From positions 1-52,047 of the IMG/VR virus record IMGVR_UViG_3300046780_000286: a stretch of 52,047 nucleotides of DNA, one strand, 5' to 3'. The position numbers were made by a program, and so were the translations under genes. Shown here piece after piece: positions 9,201 through 17,492 of the stretch. The notes beneath the pieces are model-generated. The model worked only from the letters and a program-made list of their open reading frames with translations. It was not told the origin of the DNA and ran no database searches. Position 1 is the first letter of the stretch, and each line of letters begins with the position of its first letter. Origin of the DNA: a virus (taxonomy: Duplodnaviria > Caudoviricetes).

Positions 9201-11615
9201 TTCGCTAATTCTCCGAATAAGGAATCGTTAATTAGACTTATTAAGAAATTTGGTAAGGATCGCAATGTAACAGTGGCACATGAACTTGGCGGCGGTCCAA
9301 ATTGGCCAACCTCCAAGATAGTCCATGAAGCTACCGGAGAACGATACCAACCTTTAGGTCCTCGTGAGACTTATGGTCCAGAGGAAAAGCCTAAGTTCTC
9401 AGTCTTCTCCGGCCCAGTTCAACGCCTAGCAGAATCTTCCGATCCTGCGCGTCAGAAAGCCGCGGACGTCTTTAATCGTCTATTCTCAAACCGCGACGCT
9501 TTGCGCGGTAAATACTCAGGAGTTATCACCGAGATTAACAAAGACCCAGTCCTAGCGCGTAAGGCTCAAGAGGCAATGATCGAACGTGAGCGCACAGGTC
9601 GTGTTCCGGTTATGCCTCTGCCTGTGAAACGTGTTTACGATGTGATGTCAGACACGTATAAGCAAATGCGTCTGGATCAGATTGCTGCTGGTCAAAAGAT
9701 TAACGGACGACAGGCTGGCGTTGATCCTTTAGGAATGTTTACTGTTGCTAGTCCGGACGTATTCAAAACGCTGAACACAGCTGATAAGAATTCACCTAGA
9801 TACAAGAGCCTTAAGGCGGATTACATTAACGAGCAAATCTCTAGGGGATTCTCTACTGCTGGTGCTGAAAACGCGTTCAACAAATACGTCGAAGGAATGT
9901 CCACTTCTAGCGATCCGTCGTCGAGTGTGGATTTTAAGGCGGTCTCGGGTGCAGAAGGAACTAAACTTCCCGCGTCTTGGATCGAGCCTGACCCAGCTAC
10001 GGCTTGGGAACGGTACATTGATAGGTTCACTTCTGCTAGAACATGGCATGATGTCGTCGAGAAAGACCCATCTGTTCGAGCTTTGTTCGAGGGAACAGAC
10101 TCCATCGCTAGAGACCCTTCCGTGACGGAAGCTTTCAACTCATACCGAGGCGTAACTAAGAACGGTTTGAAGGGAGCGGTTGGCGGCGTCGATAGGGCTA
10201 TCAAGTCAGTGATTCTTGGGCCAGTAACGAGAGTTATTGACATGGCTACGACACCTATATCCGCGTTGAAATATACGCCATTTTCACATTGGCCAGAACT
10301 CGCGTCAGAGCTTACCAAGTTCCGCAAGTATTCAGATGCTTCTATCACCTCTGGGTTAAATAAGCCTAACCGAGATAGCTACTACCGAGAGAATGTTGGC
10401 GCTGGTGAATATGCGAATCACGTTCTCGACAAAGCTGCTAAGAAAATCTCTGAATATCAGGGCGCGAATAAAGTTGAGTTCGGTGCGAGAGTTATTGCGC
10501 AAGCTGCCGGTCAAAGTCTTGGTGGCCTGTACAAAGCGCGAGCCTTAGCGGGTGATGCTGAGGCGGCGAAGATGCTAGACAAGCTTGGCTCGGATTGGCG
10601 AACGATTTCTCCAGAGGAGTTAGGTGCAAGATTCGGTCGAATCTGGCAAGGCACTTATGATGCAAGGAATCTCCCGGCTTGGATTATTGATTCTCCTATC
10701 TCGCCGTTTTTCTCGATGGCTAAGTGGAGCACAGAGCAGTGGAATAACATGATTCGTTTCGGGGTTGAGCCCGCACTTAGAGGAAAGCCAGGTCCTTTGA
10801 TTCAGCAGTTGCTTATCTCTCTCGCGCTAGGTGGACCCGCGTTGGCAATGCTTCGAGAGAAGATGACGGGCAAGAAACCTTACATCGCTACGATCGAGGA
10901 GATTAAAAATGCGCCTGATAAAGTTGCCGCAATTAAAGCCGCTTCGGCGAAGATTGCAAACTTCATGCAGGCTACGTCGCAGCTTGGGATCGTTGGCGAT
11001 CTTGTGAACGAGCTTGCGCTTAAACCGATGTCTGGTCAGATTTCCTCCGGCGGTCCGACTTGGCCCGGTGCAGAAATCACCAAGGACATTACGCTTAGAT
11101 CGGCAAAGGCTCTCGAAGCAGTCTTGTCGGGTGCTGATCTAGGAGACGTGTTGAAACAATACACCAAGGATGTCGTCGGACGTAATGCACAAGTATGGCA
11201 GATTGTGAATTCGCATTCGGAAGATACTAGGTTGAAGAATCTCGCGCGAGACTATAGGGTTTATCGACGACTTCAAGGAAAGAAAGATATCACGCCAGTT
11301 TCGTCCGTGGACTATACGCGTTCTAGTGAACGCGCTTTGGATAGCATGAATTCTAAAGAGGGCTTGGCTAAACGCAAAGAACTCAATGTAGCAGTTGCTA
11401 AGAAATTCTCGCCCGGTTCGGAAGCCTATGACAAGGAGATGAACAAATTAGACACGTCTAGGCAAAACTTCTTCCCGACTGATCCTATGGAGCAACGTGC
11501 GTACATGACGTGGTTGACTAAGACCCAAAGCAAAGAAAAAGCCCTCGAAGCGCAGAACGCTTGGAAGGCTTGGGTGAAACAGGAAGCTGGGAAGAGAACC
11601 TATAGGACTAAGTAA
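6219..11615 (+). CDS. Large internal virion (ejection) protein of polyvalent-protein type
   Basis: 1798 aa. G/A-rich membrane-type N-terminal segment, HELLH zincin motif at 7773-7787, modular middle and helical C-terminal half. Last gene of the late arm. Confidence 0.7.
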   Translation: MAKTTREQREAQLLQQIGKDPASFAIDSSGKVIPRTTPEAPAPESPTGPWETFGRSAVGAIPETVGSLVGGGLGAAGGTLVAPAFGPAAPLVPFAGGLAGSIGGGMAAHELEKELPKGYQDFVSKGARENPISAELGDVLPQLLTSNPVKSARVIGALARGIPTLTRFTGQQLGHLAGIGIGTGTGAVGPIAEDWDRPEGLGLDTAKRSAIRGVAGLLGSQQNRLGNLFSSGKFAPSPDVGDRWADAGRVARDSMQQSGRAPVFEGEPVTSRPEPIDADVVEATQVDNPAQQNRGLLGNSPQDRGVESVTSQTETDAAMAKAAADLEASRAKIQPEQPAKSQWNDTPENRAKLLAKIQADNAARNRPPPFDPVHAREEVNPSVQGPVEPQADEPNFSLPYRQGQGAARPQLPEPPYQRPQGEIPESQFAKEKRLAQRAGVPLERQQGQEGGQLGLTSPEWDEIIRNVGGSDYGSDVVTGEHNLRGSDGTPLAGKVELPTDLEKGLVRIAKNAGVDTGPHELLHVIVNDVLERGTKGEKAFIQRVLEQAGGEEALVQGGGNLFTKRLVNEGAGSKESEGLGGDLIAFIKARFLRNATPADLKRLAARTLRSGSGSEQYRPGGAGLKSQIMEDEQSLKKSSNVRNQPTVSQASPEYGNFPESFTDVDIANVNKDRASYGLGPLTRIPKEAQESFRAAERAVDVGRNREFTPAIIGKDGHIYAAAGHSEASIMADKAGTSEVRRGFVTRDGRFLTLMEVAKEQRAKKVRENPVPETRETIAKQLEVTLDPDSGKAVTHIPLGSEIPAKIPSGLEMVRTPKGTAIFNPTKVSRAEVLTAGQGENFDGRLLGMSQAEKPLVSDKVVTTSKDGVRDVVTEVVSPGSERAAMAAHEKAVPGGVSEVKPIADVLNERTQPLGPRETYDPSDIKKPIPYGFWIEPNGKFRPVESRGHFAEASKIADEIGLKPGMNGLQYDQLKEKGYARAHYDRDKNRLTVESFANSPNKESLIRLIKKFGKDRNVTVAHELGGGPNWPTSKIVHEATGERYQPLGPRETYGPEEKPKFSVFSGPVQRLAESSDPARQKAADVFNRLFSNRDALRGKYSGVITEINKDPVLARKAQEAMIERERTGRVPVMPLPVKRVYDVMSDTYKQMRLDQIAAGQKINGRQAGVDPLGMFTVASPDVFKTLNTADKNSPRYKSLKADYINEQISRGFSTAGAENAFNKYVEGMSTSSDPSSSVDFKAVSGAEGTKLPASWIEPDPATAWERYIDRFTSARTWHDVVEKDPSVRALFEGTDSIARDPSVTEAFNSYRGVTKNGLKGAVGGVDRAIKSVILGPVTRVIDMATTPISALKYTPFSHWPELASELTKFRKYSDASITSGLNKPNRDSYYRENVGAGEYANHVLDKAAKKISEYQGANKVEFGARVIAQAAGQSLGGLYKARALAGDAEAAKMLDKLGSDWRTISPEELGARFGRIWQGTYDARNLPAWIIDSPISPFFSMAKWSTEQWNNMIRFGVEPALRGKPGPLIQQLLISLALGGPALAMLREKMTGKKPYIATIEEIKNAPDKVAAIKAASAKIANFMQATSQLGIVGDLVNELALKPMSGQISSGGPTWPGAEITKDITLRSAKALEAVLSGADLGDVLKQYTKDVVGRNAQVWQIVNSHSEDTRLKNLARDYRVYRRLQGKKDITPVSSVDYTRSSERALDSMNSKEGLAKRKELNVAVAKKFSPGSEAYDKEMNKLDTSRQNFFPTDPMEQRAYMTWLTKTQSKEKALEAQNAWKAWVKQEAGKRTYRTK

Positions 11616-11619
11616 TCAG

Positions 11620-11982
11620 TTATAGGTTAAAAGAAGCTTGAGCACTAGCCCCTTCACTCGAAGGGGTTTTTTCTTTTTGCTTAACGGCGAGTTTCTTAGG
11701 TTCCAATAAGGAGATCAATGAATCCCATTCGCTAGCAGAATGGTTATCTGCACTGTTCCTTAATCCTTGCGCGAGTTTATGCGCGCGCTCCCTTCGCATC
11801 TCCTCCGCAGTCAAGTAGGCCCAAAGGTCATAGCATTCTTGCTTAGCTTCCGCGATGCAATCTTTGTCTGTAATTGGCGAGGTGTATTTCTTTCCACCCG
11901 CGATAAACTTGGGCGGGAATTCCTCGTTGAATAGGGTTACTGCACGGGCGAGGACTTGTTCGTCGGTGATCTTGGTGTTCAT
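11620..11982 (-). CDS. Small all-alpha nucleotide pyrophosphohydrolase-like (MazG-like) protein
   Basis: G-x-KKY...AEAKQECYDLWAYL resembles the GxxKYG...A.EE..D...Y pattern of phage MazG-like proteins. Confidence 0.4.
   Translation of the reverse strand: MNTKITDEQVLARAVTLFNEEFPPKFIAGGKKYTSPITDKDCIAEAKQECYDLWAYLTAEEMRRERAHKLAQGLRNSADNHSASEWDSLISLLEPKKLAVKQKEKTPSSEGASAQASFNL
11649..11678 (+). terminator. Intrinsic terminator ending the late arm
   Basis: CCCCTTC-ACTC-GAAGGGG then TTTTTTCTTTTT, about 34 nt after the stop of the 1798-aa gene. Confidence 0.85.
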
Positions 11983-12488
11983 TTTTTAATTAGTCTAGCT
12001 GCTTGCTTCTCTGCATGTTTTAGGCTACCGCAAGATTTGCATGTACCTTGTAAGCCGGTAGGTACACTCCTATTCTGTGAAAAATCTGCCTTATCTTTTA
12101 CCAATTTACATTGTGGGCACCATTTACTAAGTTCATTTATCTTAGTATAGTCAGACCAAGCACACTTTGTGTTTCCATGCGCAGTATTACATGAGCAACA
12201 AATCCATGAGACTTCTCCACTTTGCCAGTGTTGCAAGGAGATAACATCGCCATGATAACCCAGTTCCCTATTCCAAATCATTTCTCGATTGCATTCGCTA
12301 CAGCGCATATCATGCGGAATAATACTCATGAGATACTCGAAACTTGGCGTAACTTTTCCATAGGATTTTGAGCTTCTCATTGCTACTAACACACGATAAT
12401 GTCTATAGCAATAATCACAGCAACCTTGTGTTCTAACACCCAGTTCGAGAATACCCATTTTAACACACTTAGGACAATAGTCTTTCAT
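11979..12488 (-). CDS. Zn-binding HNH / endonuclease VII-like nuclease
   Basis: Several CxxC pairs, SLQH...ICCSCN core and C-terminal KWCPQC...DF...GLQGTCKSC. More AT-rich than its neighbours. Confidence 0.6.
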   Translation of the reverse strand: MKDYCPKCVKMGILELGVRTQGCCDYCYRHYRVLVAMRSSKSYGKVTPSFEYLMSIIPHDMRCSECNREMIWNRELGYHGDVISLQHWQSGEVSWICCSCNTAHGNTKCAWSDYTKINELSKWCPQCKLVKDKADFSQNRSVPTGLQGTCKSCGSLKHAEKQAARLIKK

Positions 12489-13711
12489 GTAGTCAGTTTG
12501 ATTTTATTTTTAGAAACTTTCCCTTCTTTATCTACGGTAATAGCTCCTGCTGCCTGTAGATCATTAGTCACTTCTACGAATTCTGTCATCGTTAATTTGA
12601 GCATGAACGGAGGATAAAGGTTACCAAGACTCATTGGCCTGTCCTCCAATTCTAGTCTCTTTAACAGCATTTGTTTAACCTCAGCCGAATCGTTTCTAGC
12701 CACAGGATTGAACGGCAAATGCATGTTCCTTTCAACCGATTTGAGAAACTCAATCGCAGCCTTTACCGAGGATAATTGTATTTCCATTTCAGTCGATTCA
12801 GAGAAATGATAAGCCATCGAAAACTTCATTACGTGCACCTGCTTAGACTGATAATAATCCTTTAGAAAAGGCGACTTGTTTGTAATCCATTTTGATTCAT
12901 CTGAAAACCATTCAGTTACATAGGCCATTGCCTCAGGTGAAAATGTAACCGGTCCATAAAGCTTTGATAGCTTAAGTGTGTGCTTTAGGAATTCCATCCT
13001 AGACCTAAGTTGATCTTCTGTGTGTGGTGGAATAAGAAACATTCTAGATCGTGGAACTGATTCGTAGATCATAATGCTTCTACGCAGAAACCCTGATCCA
13101 ATTACCTTGGCTCCTCTGATATCTGAGAATGTATCAGGCTGAGTACCTCCAAGAATGTTTACACAGAGGTTTGTAATACAACGTTCACCGGCGCCGATTT
13201 TATCATCGACGTATCTACTTGCACAGTCCCAACCTTCAAGAAGAAACGTCATAGTTTCCTGCGCCTGATGTTTGAAGACTGACGTGAGTTCCGCAAGGAT
13301 AAACGCCGCGCTTGCGTGCGTATACGGGGGCTGTACCGAGGAGACAAATTGTGGATGTCTAGCGAGAACGTCCATGAATTTCTCCCTGCTCGTACTTGTC
13401 GCCGAGATCGGGTACATGTACTGCGGGGTACCAGTGCTCTGGCCGACCGGTTTCCCGTGCTTGTCGTAGAACCCAAGTGTTTCCCTGACATCCTTTACTA
13501 TGTCCTTGCCAACTCCTGGGTCCGCTATAAACCAGACGTATTGATTCGGGAATACGATCTTGCCAGAGTTTATCCAAACCCTTCGTTGGAGACAGGCAGC
13601 TATCGTAAAAAGCCACGAGGCTGTAATGTAGCTTTCGGGTGAGGGATAGAACTGGCAATACCGACGCCAGTGGGAAAGGTTTGTTTGCACCGGCTGCTGT
13701 GAAAGTGACAT
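12485..13711 (-). CDS. DUF3987-like P-loop replicative helicase
   Basis: SPESY...LQRRVW...FPNQYV...DPGVGKD Walker A region, LLEGWD, NILGGTQP, GFLRR, and a possible C-terminal winged helix. Confidence 0.7.
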   Translation of the reverse strand: MSLSQQPVQTNLSHWRRYCQFYPSPESYITASWLFTIAACLQRRVWINSGKIVFPNQYVWFIADPGVGKDIVKDVRETLGFYDKHGKPVGQSTGTPQYMYPISATSTSREKFMDVLARHPQFVSSVQPPYTHASAAFILAELTSVFKHQAQETMTFLLEGWDCASRYVDDKIGAGERCITNLCVNILGGTQPDTFSDIRGAKVIGSGFLRRSIMIYESVPRSRMFLIPPHTEDQLRSRMEFLKHTLKLSKLYGPVTFSPEAMAYVTEWFSDESKWITNKSPFLKDYYQSKQVHVMKFSMAYHFSESTEMEIQLSSVKAAIEFLKSVERNMHLPFNPVARNDSAEVKQMLLKRLELEDRPMSLGNLYPPFMLKLTMTEFVEVTNDLQAAGAITVDKEGKVSKNKIKLTT

Positions 13712-13723
13712 GTGATTTAGTTT

Positions 13724-13921
13724 TCACTTCGTAAGTGTTTCAATTAGACCTACCGCAAAGTCGCCCGGAAACTCAGCAGGCAGTTCCGTTACTTTAAGTC
13801 CATAGATATGGCTAGGCGAATTCGTTTCCACGTAGGATAGGAACACGTGTGTCGCGTCGACGCCATGCTTGGCTCGGAATTCGCCTTTGGCTTGGAGGAT
13901 TTTTGCGAGGAGGGAGGTCAT
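13724..13921 (-). CDS. Hypothetical protein (65 aa)
   Basis: ATGA-coupled to the upstream ORF. Confidence 0.6.
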   Translation of the reverse strand: MTSLLAKILQAKGEFRAKHGVDATHVFLSYVETNSPSHIYGLKVTELPAEFPGDFAVGLIETLTK

Positions 13922-14097
13922 GATACGTTGTATCCACGTTCGATTAAGAATCGTTTTTGCTCTTGGAATTCTTCCTCACTCAAACGAGGTTTTGTCTGAT
14001 CGAAAATTAGGCAAGAACCAATCGCACCAGTGACTGGATAATACAGAAGCTCTGCATATTCAGGATTCGGAATCCATTCTTTCTTCTCATCACTCAT
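13918..14097 (-). CDS. Hypothetical protein (59 aa, not in the ORF track)
   Basis: Hand-translated MSDEKKEWIPNPEYAELL...GYNVS. It fills the gap with ATGA overlaps at both ends. Confidence 0.65.
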   Translation of the reverse strand: MSDEKKEWIPNPEYAELLYYPVTGAIGSCLIFDQTKPRLSEEEFQEQKRFLIERGYNVS

Positions 14098-15092
14098 AGT
14101 TGTATTTCTTTCATCCCAATCGGGTTATGTTCTTCATCATAGTGGCCCCAGTTCTTACCCACAGCCACCGATGATTTCATCCTAAAGCTTTTACCGTCTC
14201 GTCCAACTAAGACGAAAGACTTGATTGCATCCGAAGCAACCTTAGCAGCCTCGTTAATCTCCACGTCGGGAACCTCTAGCAAGATTGAATCATGTTTTTG
14301 GTTCAAGAGATTCCAGCGCTTGTTCTCACGTTGGATGTAATCTTCCACGATGAAGATTGCCTCTGTCGAAAGACAACCCACAGTTGACTGAGGTATCCAA
14401 GAGATAATCTCGCGTTCGTATGAAGGCGTAAAGATTCTTTCAAAGCGCCTAGGATAGCCGAACATATTCACAAGTTCGCGATACTTCTTTGCCATGAATA
14501 TGACCTCCGTTTGCCACTGTTTAATCTCAGGAAAGAGCTTATGGAACATCTCAAGGAACACCTTAGCCTCGGCTGCAGTCATAATCAAAGCACCCTTGGA
14601 TTGCTTCAAGGCGTTGTCCATAAAAGTTTTCCAACCACCGCCATAAGAAGACATATGGACTACCATCTTGCCGACTTTGTAGGGCTTGCCGGAGTTCGCT
14701 ATCCTAGACTTGAGCGTTTTCCAATGAGGTAGTTTAACGAGTTCGCTTGGGGTTAGCTCCGCGAGATAGACTTCTTTAGGAAGAATGCCCGCGAACCATT
14801 GCGGATTCGTTGCTGCGAAAAGATGCAGCGCGATTAAGGTATGTGGTTTCTCACCTACGTTCAACAGGTCTAGATAACGACCGGCCGGGGCTAGATTCGC
14901 GACGACTGCTGACTCGGCGCCGGATTGGTCTGGCTGGACGAAGAAACATCCTTGACGAGCTTGAAGCAGGCAGAGAATTTCTTCGTCAGGATTCTGGAGA
15001 TTTAGTCCTTGGTCGAATAGCTGGCTAGACGACAAGCGGTACGATTTTGTGCCCGCTACTTTGAACGTGCAGATCGCGCGAGGGAGGCTCAT
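14094..15092 (-). CDS. polA: DNA polymerase family A, palm/fingers subunit (C-terminal part of split polymerase)
   Basis: T-x-SYRLSS...NLQN, motif A QPDQSGAE, motif B KVGKMVVHMSSYG, PQST, motif C KHDS. Confidence 0.9.
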   Translation of the reverse strand: MSLPRAICTFKVAGTKSYRLSSSQLFDQGLNLQNPDEEILCLLQARQGCFFVQPDQSGAESAVVANLAPAGRYLDLLNVGEKPHTLIALHLFAATNPQWFAGILPKEVYLAELTPSELVKLPHWKTLKSRIANSGKPYKVGKMVVHMSSYGGGWKTFMDNALKQSKGALIMTAAEAKVFLEMFHKLFPEIKQWQTEVIFMAKKYRELVNMFGYPRRFERIFTPSYEREIISWIPQSTVGCLSTEAIFIVEDYIQRENKRWNLLNQKHDSILLEVPDVEINEAAKVASDAIKSFVLVGRDGKSFRMKSSVAVGKNWGHYDEEHNPIGMKEIQL

Positions 15093-15099
15093 GGGTTAC

Positions 15100-15288
15100 T
15101 TATGAAACTTTTTCCCAACCACAATTTCCACAATGGTTTATTACTCGATCGCTCATGGAAATTCTTGCTATTCTATCTCCACACTCCGGGCACCGTTCGC
15201 TCGGTTTAACATAGCCAACTTGCCAAGGATACTTAGCAGGCTGTTCTTCTGGTTGGTCACCAGCACAATGTATGTCTCGGTCGGTCAT
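15100..15288 (-). CDS. Small Zn-ribbon protein between the two polymerase genes
   Basis: 62 aa with CPECG...CGNCG. Confidence 0.6.
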   Translation of the reverse strand: MTDRDIHCAGDQPEEQPAKYPWQVGYVKPSERCPECGDRIARISMSDRVINHCGNCGWEKVS

Positions 15289-15293
15289 AGCTG

Positions 15294-16679
15294 TTACCTT
15301 TCTTCAATTCTGTAATACGGCTTAAACTTAAGCAAGTCACGACATTTAAGAACCTCTCTCAACGCAAGCAAAACCCTAATGCTAACGACACGAGGATTCT
15401 TAACAGCGAGAGAATACATAGCATCGGCAGCGGTTGAGTCTTTCTCGGCGGCGGTTTGATAAGTGGAAGTCAGGCCGAGTTGCTTGAAGAAATACTCACC
15501 TAGCTGTTGCGGCGAGGAGACTAGGACGGAACTCCCGGCTAGCATCTGGAACACACGAGTAAGTCCTCTAATCTTTGTCTCTAGCTGTCTTAGTTTAGCC
15601 GCGCGCAAGTCTTCGCGAAACTCGAACCCCGTAAAGCCAGCCCTTAGGTAAATCTCTAGTGACCTATTCGCGGAATCAACTGAAGCTTTTAGTCCCGGTC
15701 TAGCTTCTATATAGCTTCGTTGAGCTAGATACACAGCTCTAGTCGCGAGTACATCAAGTGCGTTATATCTGAGAAGCTGTTGATATTGGTGGTGATTCCT
15801 AGGATACCATGTTCCTGCAGCATCCTTGTGATAGGGAACATTGATCCAGAAAGAGATAACGTGACCAAGAGACTTTTCACTCTCCGGAAAAACGCGATGG
15901 TGCTGGATCATAGTATCTCTTAGATTTGGTCCCCAAGGAATCCCATGGAACATCGCGAGAAATCCTAGGTCAAAAGAGATGTTATGGCCGACAATCACGC
16001 AGCGTTTAAAAGCTCTAGTCAGAGCGGCAAAGAAACGCGGTGGTTGCTTAAGACTACCGTCGTAATTATAGACCGGAATCGAATAAACTGGTCCGGTTTC
16101 TCTAGAGATGGCTAGACATTGTACGACACTAGCCGAGGGCCAAGTTTCGATATCGATGAACAATAACTCACCCGCTTTGAAGCTATCTAGATACCCGGCT
16201 AGATCGGCGTTCCAGATGATATCTTCTTTGTAACCCGAGCGACGTTCATTAAGCAAGAGTTTTCTTATATCGCTCATTGCCCAAAATCGGTAGTTCGCAC
16301 GCGAGGTAATAGATAGGTCTTTGCTGTTGTCAGAGTCTGATCCAGAACCTTCGTCATCTTCATTATCCCACTCGCCATTGAAGGCTTCGGCGCAGTCGAT
16401 AGGGTTGAATGTGGCGACAATGTTGGAAGCCCGCGCGGTGTGGACGTAGCCTCTGAGAGTGGTGATATCTTGGGGTTTGCCACGCCACCTACTAGCTGCT
16501 GGAAAGCCGCAGAGAATCACTGGCCTACCAATACTAGCTGGGTGATAATCTAAATCATCAGTCACGTCGAAATCGCCGCCTATTGCCTCTGCGAGAAAGT
16601 CCGCTGATGGACCGCAGAGCAAGGTGTTCGAGGCTCGGGCGAATCTATCTCTAGACGAAAGAACTACAAGCGGTTTCAT
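15294..16679 (-). CDS. polA: DNA polymerase family A, N-terminal subunit: degenerate UDG-like domain, 3'-5' exonuclease and thumb
   Basis: UDG-like GPS...ILCG..A...ITTLRG...ATFNP; ExoI IDIET, ExoII GHNISFD, ExoIII YNALD; thumb SPQQL. Confidence 0.85.
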   Translation of the reverse strand: MKPLVVLSSRDRFARASNTLLCGPSADFLAEAIGGDFDVTDDLDYHPASIGRPVILCGFPAASRWRGKPQDITTLRGYVHTARASNIVATFNPIDCAEAFNGEWDNEDDEGSGSDSDNSKDLSITSRANYRFWAMSDIRKLLLNERRSGYKEDIIWNADLAGYLDSFKAGELLFIDIETWPSASVVQCLAISRETGPVYSIPVYNYDGSLKQPPRFFAALTRAFKRCVIVGHNISFDLGFLAMFHGIPWGPNLRDTMIQHHRVFPESEKSLGHVISFWINVPYHKDAAGTWYPRNHHQYQQLLRYNALDVLATRAVYLAQRSYIEARPGLKASVDSANRSLEIYLRAGFTGFEFREDLRAAKLRQLETKIRGLTRVFQMLAGSSVLVSSPQQLGEYFFKQLGLTSTYQTAAEKDSTAADAMYSLAVKNPRVVSIRVLLALREVLKCRDLLKFKPYYRIEER

Positions 16680-16864
16680 ACAGAACGCTGTTTTAACATG
16701 TCCCTAATTTCCCACCTACAGTCTAGGATCATGCACTTTTCGACGCGTTCGTTTTCTGTTACATCAAACAAAGGCAAATCACTTTCCAGATACTGAATTG
16801 ATCTAGCTACACTTTGTGCTAGTTTTCGCAGTTGCTCTAACGATTCTTTTCTTTTAGTATCCAT
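16676..16864 (-). CDS. Hypothetical protein
   Basis: ATG at 16864 within track ORF 16676..16930, ATGA-coupled to the polymerase gene. Confidence 0.55.
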   Translation of the reverse strand: MDTKRKESLEQLRKLAQSVARSIQYLESDLPLFDVTENERVEKCMILDCRWEIRDMLKQRSV

Positions 16865-16907
16865 AAGTCTCAAAAGGAACGGCTTATTGCTAAGCCGCTC
16901 GTGTTTG

Positions 16908-17450
16908 TTACTCAGGCAAGCTAAGAACATCTGCGAGGTCTACTTCATTCGAGTAGCCTTTGACCATCTTCTCACCGGTCTCCGGATCGAGCAAGACGCG
17001 TCCAGTATAGTTACCGTTGTCGGTGTGGTAGTACGGCTTCGACGTAACCTTTGCCAAGAAGCGCTTGCGCGCGAGCAGCTTAGTGAGGTCTTGAATCGCC
17101 GGGATCGTTTTATAGGCACCGCTAGTGACTTCGACCGTAGTCGGGACTTCCAACTCGCCCCACTCTTCGCGAGTAAGAACCACGCCAATTTTCGGGAGGT
17201 GTTCTTGCAGACGCTTGAGGGTCTTTGGCGAATAGACGATTCGCATCGTGGCCTTTCGACCAGCGCAGCCAATCTTGTCCTCGCCGACCATCACGTCAGG
17301 CGGGTCGAGAATCTCCAACTCGAACGTGTCCATGCAGCTACCCTTGGAAGAGGGTTCTTGTTTGAGATCAGTGACACCTACAGTGTACTCTCCCGAGGGA
17401 ATTGGGAGACTTGTGTCGGGGAGTTCGTTGACGTTAATTTTTTCTGGCAT
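16908..17450 (-). CDS. Single-stranded DNA-binding protein, DUF669-like
   Basis: LPIPSGEY...SSKG..M...LEI pattern, next to the AAA_24 ATPase, with a long A/C-rich leader. Confidence 0.6.
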   Translation of the reverse strand: MPEKINVNELPDTSLPIPSGEYTVGVTDLKQEPSSKGSCMDTFELEILDPPDVMVGEDKIGCAGRKATMRIVYSPKTLKRLQEHLPKIGVVLTREEWGELEVPTTVEVTSGAYKTIPAIQDLTKLLARKRFLAKVTSKPYYHTDNGNYTGRVLLDPETGEKMVKGYSNEVDLADVLSLPE

Positions 17451-17492
17451 TTTGTTTTTGTGTTTATTTGTTTTTGTTTTTACGCCCTCTTG

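Noticed and set aside
11620-16679. Z-genome (2-aminoadenine) pathway
   Set aside because: No PurZ-like or HD-domain dATPase gene was recognised
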